From Lama guanicoe (taxonomy: Eukaryota), in NCBI GenBank assembly GCA_013239625.1, contig MU054098.1, forward strand, positions 124,001 through 188,000: DNA of 64,000 nt, given 5' to 3'. The notes under the pieces are model-generated. The model was not told the DNA's origin, searched no databases, and saw nothing but the letters and a program-made list of their open reading frames with translations. The position numbers and the translations under genes are program-made. Below, piece after piece: positions 38,429 through 50,459 of the stretch (its first letter is position 1; every line of letters begins with the position of its first letter).

Positions 38429-39364
38429 TCTTTTCCCTTTTGATGTTAGATTGTACTTCAGCAAATGAATAGAGCTTGAGTTGACTAGAAGAAGTATGTT
38501 AGATACATGACAAAAAAACCACTGTAGTACAAAGTAGGGAACAGCAGGAGCAAAGGTATTAAGGCAGAAAAACATAGGGAAAAATCAGTAAAGGGGTGTA
38601 GTCCAATTTGACCAGAGTAGAATATGGGATGCTGGAAGGAATACTGTAAGATAATGCAGGAAACATTTGTTCCTTAGGTACACAGTGGGGCTAATAATGT
38701 TGTTACTGTCAACACTTGGCTGAGCTGTTGAACTTTACTGATACAGATAAAGTCTTTGTTCCGTGGTCCTAGATAGCATCCAGAATCTGCCAACGTTCTG
38801 TCCAAAGTGCTCCAGAGTAAGTGTGTGGATTTGTTCAGTTCATCACACTTACTCCATAAAAAATATGGACTACTGATTAAGAGTGTCCTACTGATTAAGT
38901 GGCACAAGCTGCTTCAAGTGTAAGAGTATGCAGTTACATAGTACTAGGTGAGAATATTAAGTTGAGGCTTGAGTCTGTTTAAATAGACCAATAATCTCTG
39001 TGGGTCTAATTTTCCAAAAAAGTAATTATGTCTGCTCTTTCTGGGATCCTTCTGAACAAGAGATATTTAAATCTCTTTACAGCCTTGCCAAAATAAGGGT
39101 GCTTGGATATTCTGACACCAGTAATAGGCATTATACCAACCTTCTGTCTTACTGCTAAAGAGGAATCAAGCTTAAATGGTTGCATGTAGGATGAAATTGG
39201 AACACAAGTGAGTCAAATTATGGAATGGCAAAGGTTACTTAGGGAATCAACTTTTTCAGAAGTCTTAAAAATCTGATTGTCATAGGTCTAACTGAGATAT
39301 TTTACCTCTAGCACAGTTTGGAGGCAGAATTTCTACAAAGCTGATTTAATTTGAATATCTATTT

Positions 39365-39970
39365 TAATTCATTTATCCATTCAATAAATATTAGCTAAGT
39401 ACTCACTATATGGCAGGCCCTCTTCTAAGCCTTAAACAAAACCAAGTCCCTGCCCTCCTGGAGCTTGCAGTCTAGGTGAGGGATAGATAATAAATGACTC
39501 AACAAATAGGTATTCTATCATCACAGGACGATAATTATTGAAAGGAAAATTAAAGCAGGATGAAGGGATAAGGAGTGAATGGAGGGGTAATTTTATATCA
39601 GGTAGTCAGGGGCAGTCACTCATAGGTGGTGATGTTTGAATAGAGACATTGATATAGTGAAGAAATAAACTACGTGAGGGCCCGGGAAGAACATTCTCGG
39701 CCACGGGAGCAGCAAATCTGAAGGTTCTGAGGTGAGAATGAGTTTGGCACATTCTAGAAACAGCAAGAAGAGTGTGGCTGGAGTAGGGTGTTCAAATCAA
39801 TGAGACCAGAGATCAGAGGTGGACAGATACAAAACATGGAGGGCCATATTGGCCCACGATTAACATTTCAGATTTGATTCTCAAAGTGATTGGAACCCAC
39901 TGAAAATGTTGAGCGGTGGGTTACTGTGATCTGATTTCCAATTTGAAAGACCTCTGCTTGCTATCCTGTG
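39365..39970 (-). mobile_element. L2 3' portion
   Basis: ttcatttatccattcaataaatatt...ccctgccctcctggagcttgcagtctag. Confidence 0.8.
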
Positions 39971-41738
39971 TCTGTGAATAGGTTAAAATTGCCCTGATTC
40001 CTGATGATAAGTTGACATGGCCTCCTAAAAAGACCAAAGCCTTTTTATGTCGGGGAAAGTGACATTTACCGGAAGCAGCAGACCCCAGGAAAACTCAGCA
40101 GTATTCCATTTCTCTGCCTTTAGTGTTTCAGTTTTCTGTCTTTCTTTTGGGTGGACACGGTCCAAGGTCCCTCATCAGTGTCTGGCTGAAAGTAGCCTAA
40201 TCAGCTTTAAGGCTCAAACCCATTTTCAATGCTAGTTGCCCTTGTCCCTAAGCCTGTGTGATAGATGTGTCACTCTATCGTGGTGAACCTGGTGGCACTT
40301 CATTACCTGGGCTCTCCAAGATAATTACTGGCCCAATAGTGAGGCTCCTGGTGCACTGAGACTTATCCTATTGCCTTGCTCTGACACCTCTGGGTCAAAA
40401 CATATTTGCAAATAGACCCCAGGGAATGTGGTAAAAGCCCCTTTTTCTATTCCTCCAAAAGGATAAGCATATACTGGGATATGCTTATAACACAATTTAG
40501 AACATAAAGTCCTCAAGTCATCACATTATTCTAGGAATAGCTTTGATTCTGTGTGTGGTTTTTTTCCTCTCTCATAGAAAAACCAAAAAGTGAAGTTCTT
40601 TACCAACCAAATGGCAGAACCAGATATAGAATTGAGTAAGAGCTATCTGTGAAATGTATGAAACCGTATCATTATATGTTGCTTTGTTGCTAAAGCTATA
40701 TTAATTTGCCATTTAGAATCCCCCCTCCTCAGTGGCCAGACTATAAATTTCCTAGCATTTATTTTGATCTCACTGTTAAAAAGAAGCTTCCCCCCTACCA
40801 TATTTATTTGAAAATATTTAAAAAATCTGCAACTTATTGGGAAAAATATGGAGAGTGCTTTATTTTTGTTGTAGGCATAATAAAACTAAATAACCAAGAC
40901 TAACATTAGTTTGAACTTTACCTTGGAATATGTCCATGAAGAACAAAGAAAGCCAGAGTAATGTTCTTGACTTTCTCTCCTCCAAATTCTTTTATCAAAG
41001 ACCCTTTGACACAAGTAAGTTATAGCTTTTGAATTACTTATTGTAGCATGACTCTGTCTTGAAGCTTTGCATACTCAGAATGGAGATTTTACCCTGATTC
41101 CCGTCTTCTGTCTGTTTTTTCAGCCACTATTTTCCTTCATTCAGCTTCCTTATCTTTCAAGCCACATTATTTGGGAGGATGAGCTATGGGTTGAATCAGA
41201 ACGTCAATTCTGATTTGGGAGGAAGTTTTATGAAACTCAGCAGTGCTGCAACTCATTGCTCAGTATTCCAAGAAATATGTCACTGCTATGATTCTCAAAG
41301 TTTTTGAAATCTTACAAAGAATGTTGGACAGCCAATGTGTTGCAGCCATATTATTTCAGAGCAAATCTCCTAAGGGTTGGGTAGACCCCCTCAAAGCTGA
41401 CTTTGGCTGTACTAAAGTTTGTTTAAGTAAAATAAAGAAATAAAGGCAGCTAGCTCAGGTTAGCCTCCACATGCCTGTGTTGTGATGCAGTCTACAGTCA
41501 CCTCAAATTCAAAATTTGGCAAACTTTCCAACATAGGGTGCCACACCGCTGACTTCTCTTATCTTGGAAAGGGAATAAGCATGGGCAAGGTGCCCAAAAG
41601 GACTCTTATTCTGTTCAAAACTTTTCTCCCAGGCAATCTACAGATGGAGTTAACATGGCCATCTTTTAAAATGGAAACATCCCATGGATAGGTTAAATAA
41701 ATTACCTTTGATTTTTAGGTAACAAAGAGGGGTTAAAG

Positions 41739-41960
41739 CAGGGGATGGCACACTTTTTCTGTAAAGCTCCAGGTAGTAAATATTTTCATCTTTGTGGACC
41801 ATGTGATCTCCGTCACAGCTCCTCAACTCTGCTTGTTGTAGTGCGAAAGCAGTCATAACAGCACATAGTTGAATGGGTACAGGTGTGTTCCAATAAAACT
41901 TTATTTATAAAAACACAGCAGCCCAAATTTAACCCACGTACCATCGTTTGCCAACTCCTA
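41739..41960. mobile_element. MER58A hAT-Charlie MITE
   Basis: caggggatggcacactttttctgtaaag...tgtgttccaataaaactttattta...gtttgccaactcct. Confidence 0.9.
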
Positions 41961-42584
41961 GATTATAGCACTTAGAGTAGAGCATAGGGTCTTGGAAGAA
42001 TTCTTTCAACATAGACAAGGGACATCATGAAATTTTTGGACAACTGAGAGAATGCTTTGAGTTGGGTGGCTATTTCATAATTTTATCCTTGACCCTGGTG
42101 CCTTCGTTCTACAGAGAACCACCTCATCTGCTGCTTTTGGACTTGAGCTGATGTTTTATTCTGGCTAGAAGGGTAGAAACTGCTGATACTTATTTTTCAT
42201 TAATTTCATTCTCATAATTCCCTTAGAAATAGCAACACCTGGCATTTTTAAACAACAACAGAATTGCTAGATGTCTCACTTGTAGCAAATTTCATAAAGC
42301 AGCTAGTCACCTTAAAAAGGATTTTTATAGGAGCAGTTTAAAGTAGAATAAGAATTTATTTCAATGTCTCTCACTCCAGTTATAATTTTGCATTTGACCA
42401 GACATCACTACACTGTTTCGCTCTGTTCAAAGCCTTTTAGAACTCATCTAAATGGTTTTGTGCATGTACTAAGACATGTATTTGTTTGTTACTTTCTATC
42501 ATAATAACCTATTCTGGGGCCTAGAGAGGGAATATCCTTCAATGAACACTGTGACATATGTTTTCTCATTTAATATAACTTAAT

Positions 42585-42720
42585 TATTTTTACAGATGAA
42601 TCATAGGGAAGATAAAGTTACTTGCCCAAGGTCACCCAACTAGTTAAGAGTACAGCCAAGCTTCAAAAGCAGGTCTGTTCAACTCCGGAGTCTCTGCTTT
42701 TTCCACTACATCACAATGCC
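42585..42720 (-). mobile_element. MIR SINE
   Basis: ttttacagatgaa...acttgcccaaggtcac core. Confidence 0.75.
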
Positions 42721-44269
42721 TACAGGAAGCTACTTGCAATTCTTGGCAGGCTTTGTCTTTTTTTTTTTAAAACCTAAGCTGTTTTCAAGCAAATCACAGA
42801 AGAACTGAGTAGCATAGTATTCGATTCTTTTCATATATTTTGGAAGTACATATTTTCAAAAGGAGATATGGTAGATGATTTTGTTTAAACAGCCCTGGTT
42901 CTGTGACTTGAATATTTCCAAATAAGGGTGATTTCCAAAAATTATTTGCTTTCTTGGCAGTCTCCATACATTCTTTGTGAATGCAACTCCATTTCCCATC
43001 TTCCTTGTTTAGCAAAGAATCATACATTAATAACATTTTTGAAAGGTGTGGCTTGGTGATATTCTTTTCAGATTTGAAATAACTAGGCTTCCTGGCATCA
43101 TAACTTCAAATTGTGGTCAAGCCGGCTGATAATAAGTTGAACATTGTGAAACTGACTTTTGTTTGGGTACAGGTTTGTGTCACCCTGAATGTGGATATGA
43201 ATTACGGGTAAAAGTTAATGCCAAAATCTTAAGATACAGATATTTAAGCCTTTTTATAAGTATGAGATAAATTCCCTTCTGTCAGATTGTTTTTTTTTTT
43301 TCTTGGCCAGAGCAGAGAACATCATAGTGAATCACTGCATGATTTTAAAAAAGTGGCGTTGGGAGAATTGACCCTTAAAGTTGTTATAGCATGTATGACT
43401 CTCAGACCTCAATCACTGTTGTGCAAAAATATAACTATTTTTTATAATATCTATATGGCAGACATTGAGCCCCAAGGGCTCAATGATGAGGGACTGGTGG
43501 GAAAAAAAAACTAACCTCAGTCCTTCTTAAGGTCTTTTCCTTAAGGCTGTCAACACATCACACTGTCAACATCGTCTGTGGCGCCCGGTTGATGCGGGGA
43601 ATTGGAGTGAGTAGCAGTGATGAGAGGACAAGCATATAGTTATCAGGTTTTAATAAGAGATCTATAGAGATCACTGCTGGAATGTTCACTCGCCGGGCCC
43701 AGGCCTACCTGCTTTCTCACTGCCCTTGGGGCCCAGGAATCTTTGCCGACACTGAATGCAGACCTGCCTGCCAAGAAACACCTCACAGCCATTGCTCTCT
43801 AGGGTCATAATCCTTCCCTGCTAGAACCGCTATGAAATGTAGTAAAAGATCCTTGATTCTAGTCAAGAGTCTTACGTTTCAGCTCCACTTTTCTGCCCCA
43901 GCTTGGGAGACTCCATTTCTAGTGTGAGGGAAAGCCTTCTTCCTTTCTATGTTGAAAAGGTCCTCTAACACATGTGGAATTACTTCCTCTGTGAGTTTAG
44001 AATGTTTGAATTACTAAACTTATAAGCCACCTCTGTTTGTCTGTTTTTTCCCCTAAGGTGAGGAGAACAGAGCCAGCTACTTGCTCGGATGGAGGGAAAA
44101 GAAAGTGGGGAATACACAGAAAAAAATGACTTCAAACCTCAAGATATTATCCAGTCACCTTATCCACTAGAACCAGTAAATTGCTTTTCTGTAAAGTCGT
44201 CTTAGTACCTAATAAACTGTGATTCAGAAAGAACCATGATGTGTTGACTTAAAAATAAATGTAAATCTT

Positions 44270-44500
44270 ATTTGCAAATGTCAGCCACTATATATAAAAA
44301 TAGATTTAAAAAAATTTCTTCTGTACAGCACAGGGAACTATGTTAAATATCTTGTAATAACCTTTAATGAAAAAAATATGAAAATGAATATATGTATGTA
44401 TATGCATGACTGGGACATTATGCTGTATACCAGAAATTGACACATTGTAATTGACTGTACTTCAACAAAAAAAAATAATAAAAAAGAAAATTAAAAAAAG
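44270..44500 (+). mobile_element. Young L1 3' end
   Basis: ctgtacagcacagggaactatgtt...gactgggacattatgctgtataccagaaattgacacattgtaattgactgtacttcaa plus A tail. Confidence 0.85.
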
Positions 44501-45349
44501 TGTACCCCTGTAAAAGCCAAGTCCACAATGAAAAGTAGGGCCATGGTGCTGAAGAAAGTGATGCTCTCTTGAGAGTTTCAACTTCTTATTCGCATCACAG
44601 AATAGCGTGCCAGCCTCAGCAGCTGGGCTGTCCTCTCTCTCCTGGCTTTCTGCAAGTTCCCCCTTCCTATTGCTCCCTCTGGGCAGTTCTGCAGCTCTAG
44701 TGAGCTACAGCTTTCCTGAGCCGTAGTTCGATTAAAGGCCATGTCAACAAAGAGCTACGGAATCCATCATTTGCCGGTTTTTCCTAATTATCACTGATAC
44801 TGATGACAGAGCAGTTGATTGGACCACAACAGGGTAAATCATTTTCAGACATAAGACCAGCAAAATGGCCAGACACGTTATACTGAAAAGAATGTGGCTC
44901 AGAAACTGAGACTTGAGGAGGTTAAAGGGCTTGTCTAAGTTCATCCGTAGCAAGTCTGTGAAAGAAAGAATGTGATTAAAAGCCACTTCCGTGGGCTATA
45001 TTACGTACAGAGTTGTGATAACATTCAAATACATTGCAAAGGACTCAACATTTGTTTAACTCTAATAAAACAGTAGCAGTGATTGCTAAGACAAGGTCAT
45101 ATCATAGTTGTTAGCATGGGCCTGACTGACTGAGTTCCTGAGCTAGCTTCACCACTTATAAACTGTGAAACCTGGGCCCTGTCCCTTCTCCTCCATGATA
45201 GAAAAAATGATGATAAACCCATACAGAAATATATTATGCAGCCATTAAATTTATGCTTTTGAAAATATTTAATGGCATGGGAAGTGCTCACAATGTAATG
45301 TTAAATGAATAAAGTAAGATAAAGAGACCTGCATATACACAGTATCAGA

Positions 45350-45850
45350 GATTATGTTTAGTTGTATGTAGTAGAACCTGGACTATAGTAGGTTATTCAA
45401 ATAGCATTTTAATTTTCTTACATAACCAAAAAAATATGGAAGTAGAATGTCTAAACCTTGGGCAGTGTCTCTACAATGTCATCAATATCCCAGGCTCCTT
45501 CTGTCTTTCCATCCAACTCTCTTCAGCCTGTGCTTTCTGCCATCATGCTTGTCACCTCATGGTCACAACGTGGCTGCTCCACATCCATCCTCACAAACAT
45601 GCTCCAGGACAGAAAAAGTAAAAGGAAATAGCAAGGGCAACCTCCTGCTGCCTATACCAAGCAAGCAGAATGTTGCTTGAAACCTCCAGTGAACTTTTCC
45701 TTACATCTCATTCACCCAGACTGTCACATGGTTACCCGTAACTGTAAGTCACACTGGGAAACGTTGGTTTTTAGCTGGGAACATTGCTATACTGGACAGC
45801 ATTGTATTTCTTTAGTAAGGAAGATGGGAAAAATGCATATTAGACTACCA
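45350..45850 (-). mobile_element. Old MaLR/ERVL LTR (MLT1K-like)
   Basis: cccaggctccttctgtctttcc...cctcatggtcacaacgtggctgc...tgtcacatggttacc. Confidence 0.5.
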
Positions 45851-46459
45851 GCAGGATTTTTTATATCTGGTGTTATCCTACTATAGCAAAAAAAAAAGTG
45901 TAACACAAGCAGACACCCCCTTTTCCTCTTGCCCAGACAAAAGACTGAAGCACTATATTCCAAAATGTTAGCAATGTTTATATTGTAGTGGTAGGATTCC
46001 AGGTGTTTTTAATCTTCTTATTTATATTTTTCTGTACTCTACAAATTTTATATAGTGAACATGTACTACTCTAGTAATCAGATAAACAGCAATCTTTAAA
46101 CAAAAATTGACAGGTATTTCATTGCTGCTGTGGTTATTACAACAAACATTGCAAAAACCACCTACGTGTCCATCAATAGACAGCTGGTCAAATAAATTAT
46201 AATATATTCATTCAATGTGACTTTATAAAAGCTTAAAAATGAATTACATCTAAATGTACTGACATATAAAATGTTCAAGTTATATGAAGTGAGAAAAAGC
46301 AAGTTTCAGAACACCACGATCCCATTTATTCTTTTAAAAATAGAGAAATTTGGACAAGACATAGATAGTCTTATAAGCCTTGAAGGAGGTCTGCAAGATT
46401 ATTCCAAAAACTATTAAGTTTTCTTGGGGTAGCCATATTGAGGGAAGGGAGTACTCTTT

Positions 46460-47240
46460 CTTTTTATTAAGTTATACTTGACTTATAATATTATATAGTT
46501 TCAGGTGTCCAACACAGTGATTCGATATTTTTATACATGATGAAATAATCACCACTACATGTCTAGTTACCATCCATCACCATACGAGGTTTTTACAATA
46601 TTATTGACTATATCCCCTGTGTGTACATTACATCCCCGTGTCTTCTTTTATAACTGTAAGTTTGTACCTATTAACTCCCTTTACCTACTTCATCTGTCCC
46701 CTTCTCTCTCTCTCCTCTGGCGACCACCAGTTTGTTCTGTGTATCTCTGAGTCTGTTTCTGTTTTATTTTGTTTGTCCATTTGTTTCGTTTTTCAGATTC
46801 CACATATGAGTGAAATTATATGGTATTTGTCTTTCTCTGTCTGACTTATTTCACTTAGCATAATACCCTCTAAGATCCATCCATGTTGTTACAAATGGTG
46901 AAGTTTCATTTATTTATAGCTGAGTAATATTACATTATACACACACATACACACCCCCCCCACATCCTCTTTATCCATTCAACTATGGATAGACACTTAC
47001 GTTGCTTCCATATTTTGGGGGTTCTAAATAGTACTGCAATGAACATAAGGATATATAATCTTTTTGAATTACTGATTTTGTTTTCTCCTCATGAATACCC
47101 AGAAGTGGAATTGCTGGACTAGAAGTGAATTGTATGCTAGTATTATTTTTAGTTTTTTGAGGCACCTCCATACTGTTTTCCATAGTGGCTGCACCAATTT
47201 ACATTCGCACCAACAGTGCGGGAGGGTTTCCTTTCCTAGA
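46460..47240 (-). mobile_element. L1 (L1MA9-like, laurasiatherian) 3' part inserted in an older L1ME-like remnant
   Basis: ttttcagattccacatatgagtgaaatt...cctccatactgttttccatagtggctgcaccaatttacattc. Degenerate TSD gggaagggagtactcttt (46442-46459) / gagaaggaagtattcttt (47241-47258). Confidence 0.9.
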
Positions 47241-48620
47241 GAGAAGGAAGTATTCTTTACCATTTAAAAAATGGATACATTTATTATTATCTGAACTCTT
47301 TTTACAATAAGAATACTATATTTATCATTCAATCTAAAGGTATTAAATATAAACAAAAGTTTAAATTAGTCCAGTAAAGGGTTGTAGATTTTAAGGCTCC
47401 AGAGTTCTGGCTTTGAGACAGGAACTTTTGCCAGGTACAGTGAAGTATGAGACATTGCCCTCCACAGTTCAGAAAAGTGCTGTTGAATAACTGAGTTGAT
47501 ACAGCACATGTTTATCAGTGAGGAAAGGGATCAGAGAGCCTAGCAGCGAAGGCAGGGTGGGAGTGACCATAAGATGGATTGCAATCAAAAAGGCAACTCC
47601 AAGCTTTGAACACCCTAAGGCAAGCCTTCAGGAAGCAACAGTCAGACCCTTGTACTTGGTGGTCTTGGATATCACATGAATATTTGCTTTAGCTCTGAAT
47701 TGCCAAAAAAGCTTCTACTGGGGTTGAGCAAGCTGTTTACAGCTTTTCACAGGCTATCTTTCTTTCCTAGGAGATAGTGACAGATGACATTTTGGAGCAC
47801 GACACACATGGTCCCTGTTCTCTTTCTGCAATCAGAAGGCCTCCGACTACCCCTCAGGTACAACTGCAGTCTTAATGCACATGGCATGGAAGAGGCTCAT
47901 GGTCGGGGGGGAATTGGGACCATGGTTCCAAAATGAATTTTTTCCCGCTCCTCTAGTGTAAGATGCCTAAGACGCTGAAGAATGCAAGACAACATTTGAT
48001 GCATGAAAGCTACTGTTGGGGGTGGTTCTGGGAAAAAATGTTTCAACTAAAAACACTGAACTTTTAGCATTTCTGCCAAACTATCTTTTTTTTTCTTTTC
48101 CCTTTTGTAAGGCAACAAAGAGAAAAAGCAGCTCCTACTCCCAGGGCTGCACATTCTCCTTTTGGCAGCTCCATTTGCCCTTCTGATTTATGTGGTTTGT
48201 TTAATTAAAAGTATGAAGAATTTTCCTTCTCAAATTCTTTCCCACATTCTGATTCCCAATGTCTAGGCCTCAAGGATTTCTCCATCTGCTGCTTCTAATC
48301 TCCCAGAGAAATCTCAAAGAGGCTCCGTCGACTTCTTCCTCTAAGGCCAGCCCTCAATGTGCGAATGAGAAAAAATCTATTACTTGCTCCACTTTCTGTT
48401 TTCTTCTCTGGCCACCTCAGAATCAGATATGAAAATTAATGAATATATATGCAAAGTGCTTGGGGAGTCACCGAAGATACCGGCAGTGAAGTGTAAATGG
48501 TCATAACATTGTATCTGTACGTGTTCTTTTGGAAATCATCTTGGGGGATCTTGGGCTCTAGTTAATACTGAGTTGACTTGCTTTTAGACTCAATAATAGG
48601 AATGAAAAATTCACAATCTG

Positions 48621-49545
48621 GAGTGGAAACACCAGCAAGGTCGAAGCTGCTATGTCCCTCTTGCAGGGTGTGCCAGAGGACCGGCTCTTCTATGACCAGC
48701 TCAGAAAGGTCAGCAAGTAGGGCTTCTCTGCTACCACCAGCTCACGTCCACACATTGTGTTCACCAGGCCACCATCCAGACCCACTGCATCTGGAAGAAA
48801 GCATCCTCCCACACTGGGTGACCTTCACTGTCTGGAATGCAGGCAAGCAGGAGTGTAAGGCTGTAGGGCTGGTGGCCTCATAGCCACTAACTGGCCCAAG
48901 GTAGCTGCGTTTCGCGACATCGAAGACAATAAGATCAAGCAGGGCTTCTACCGCTGGGGGACTCTCAGGACAGGCGCAAGCCTGGGATTCTGATCCTGGT
49001 GCCCTTTGTCATCTGCTGGACCTGGTGGGGAAAGGGGTTGGGGGAGGAGCGATGGAGGACAACCTGAGGTTCCTGCATCAGCAGGAGGGTGGGGACTTCC
49101 TTCATGTCAGGTGACAGACCCAGGGCAGCCACTTCCAGGCAAGGATCCAGACACTGCTCTATGGGGCACCTCACCTCCCTACTGTCTGTTCAGGAGCTTT
49201 TTGTAACTTCTAGGTGTGGTGCAACTCTCCATAACATTCACTTTTTGAAGTAAATGCTCCGGCTCCTTGGGTGGATCCAACAGTGGAAATCTTGCGTGGG
49301 CTGTCCTGCAGGGGATGAGCCTTTCCCACCAGCGGGGCAGGGGACATCAGGGGCTGACCCTGGGCACAGGCTGCCTGGTCGTCTAGGACCTCAGACCCTG
49401 GCTTCATGACCTCAGCCACTCAAGGGGGCTTCATGCTAGTGTTATTACTCTTCTAATCTAACTGCTTCTTTATTTCAGGAGGGAGGCATGTTTTAAAGCC
49501 TGAATGAAATAAAAGTTAATCTGTAAAGTTAAAAAAATTAAAAAG
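48621..49545 (+). pseudogene. B3GNTL1: 5'-truncated processed pseudogene of B3GNTL1 (QTGAL, queuosine-tRNA galactosyltransferase); coding remnant 48667-49114
   Basis: Frameshifted translation GVPEDRLFYDQLRK / THCVHQATIQTH / LEESILPHWVTFTVWNAGKQ / KVAAFRDIEDNKIKQGFY / DSQDRRKPGI / PFVIC / EDNLRFLHQQEGGDFLHVR* is collinear with my recollection of the B3GNTL1 C-terminus (GVPEDLLFFYEHLRK...LPRWAAFTIWNAGKQ...KVVAFCDVDENKIRKGFY...EDNLRSLHLQEGQDFLHFS). No introns within it, internal stops and frameshifts, AATAAA at 49508-49513 and an A-rich tail at about 49531-49544. Confidence 0.9.
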
Positions 49546-49855
49546 ATAATGTGTTATAGTAAAAGTTGCTCCCTCAACCTTAAAAAAAATGCATTTCATG
49601 AAACTTTTCACCTGTTGAAAACCAGCAATCTCTGTTTTGTTTCCTAAAAGAATAGCACTGTGAATGTTTTCATAGGTTGGCAAACAAATATACTTAGGAG
49701 ACCAATTTTAATGGCAGCAGTCAGAAAAGAGGGCAAGCCAAACCATGAAGTCGGGTCCTGTGTCATTTAGGATGCTGCTATACCTGACTTCCTAACCAAG
49801 CTGCACGCCTGTTCTCCTAAGCTTTTACTGTATTGGCTTTTGAGAAACCATCTTC

Positions 49856-50459
49856 TTTCTTTTTTTCTCTTTTTTAAACTTTTTTTTATTGAGTTATAGT
49901 CATTTTACAATGCTATGTCAAATTCCAGTGTAGAGCACAATCTTTCAGTTATACATGAACATATATATATATTCATTGTCACATTTTTTTTTCGCTGTGA
50001 GCTACCACAAGATCTTGTATTTTTTTCCCTGTGCTATACAGTATAATCTTGTTTATCTATTCTGCATATGCCTGTCAGGATTTACAAACTTTGAACTCCT
50101 AGTCTGTCCCTTCCCACCCCCCACCCCCTTGGCAAGCACAAGTTTGTATTCTATGTCTATGAGTCTGTTTCTGTTTTGTATTTATGTTCATTTTTTTTTA
50201 GATTCCACATATGAGTGATCTCATATGGTATTTTTCTTTCTCTTTCTGGCTTACTTCACTTAGAATGACATTCTCCAGGAGCATCCATGTTGCTGCAAAT
50301 GGTATTTTTTTATGGCTGTATAGTATTCCATTTTATAAATATACCACATCTTCTTTATCCAGTCATCTGTTGATGGACATGTAGGCTGTCTCCATGTCTT
50401 GGCTATTGTAAATAGTGCTGCTATGAACATTGGGGTGCAGGTGTCTTTTTGAAGTAGGG
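49856..50459 (-). mobile_element. Young camelid-type L1 3' part
   Basis: T tract then attgagttatagtcattttacaatg...tgtgagctaccacaagatcttg. The reverse ORF reads [19 protein letters not shown] (ORF2 C-terminus). Perfect TSD tgagaaaccatcttc at 49841-49855 and 50460-50474. Confidence 0.93.

Noticed and set aside
43579..43596. tggcgccc as a tRNA-Lys primer-binding site
   Set aside because: Only the first 8-9 nt match, with no upstream LTR end or downstream gag-like sequence.
32210..44500. L1 at 44270 begins (atttgcaa) about where the 31559-32227 L1 ends, suggesting one split element
   Set aside because: The first copy is closed by its own TSD and the 12 kb between is full of ancient repeats, so these are independent insertions.
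48965..49419. Minus-strand ORFs with a loose SNAPC2-like look, and an ARF-like VTFTVWNAGKQE motif on the plus strand
   Set aside because: Both are better explained by the collinear plus-strand B3GNTL1 match.
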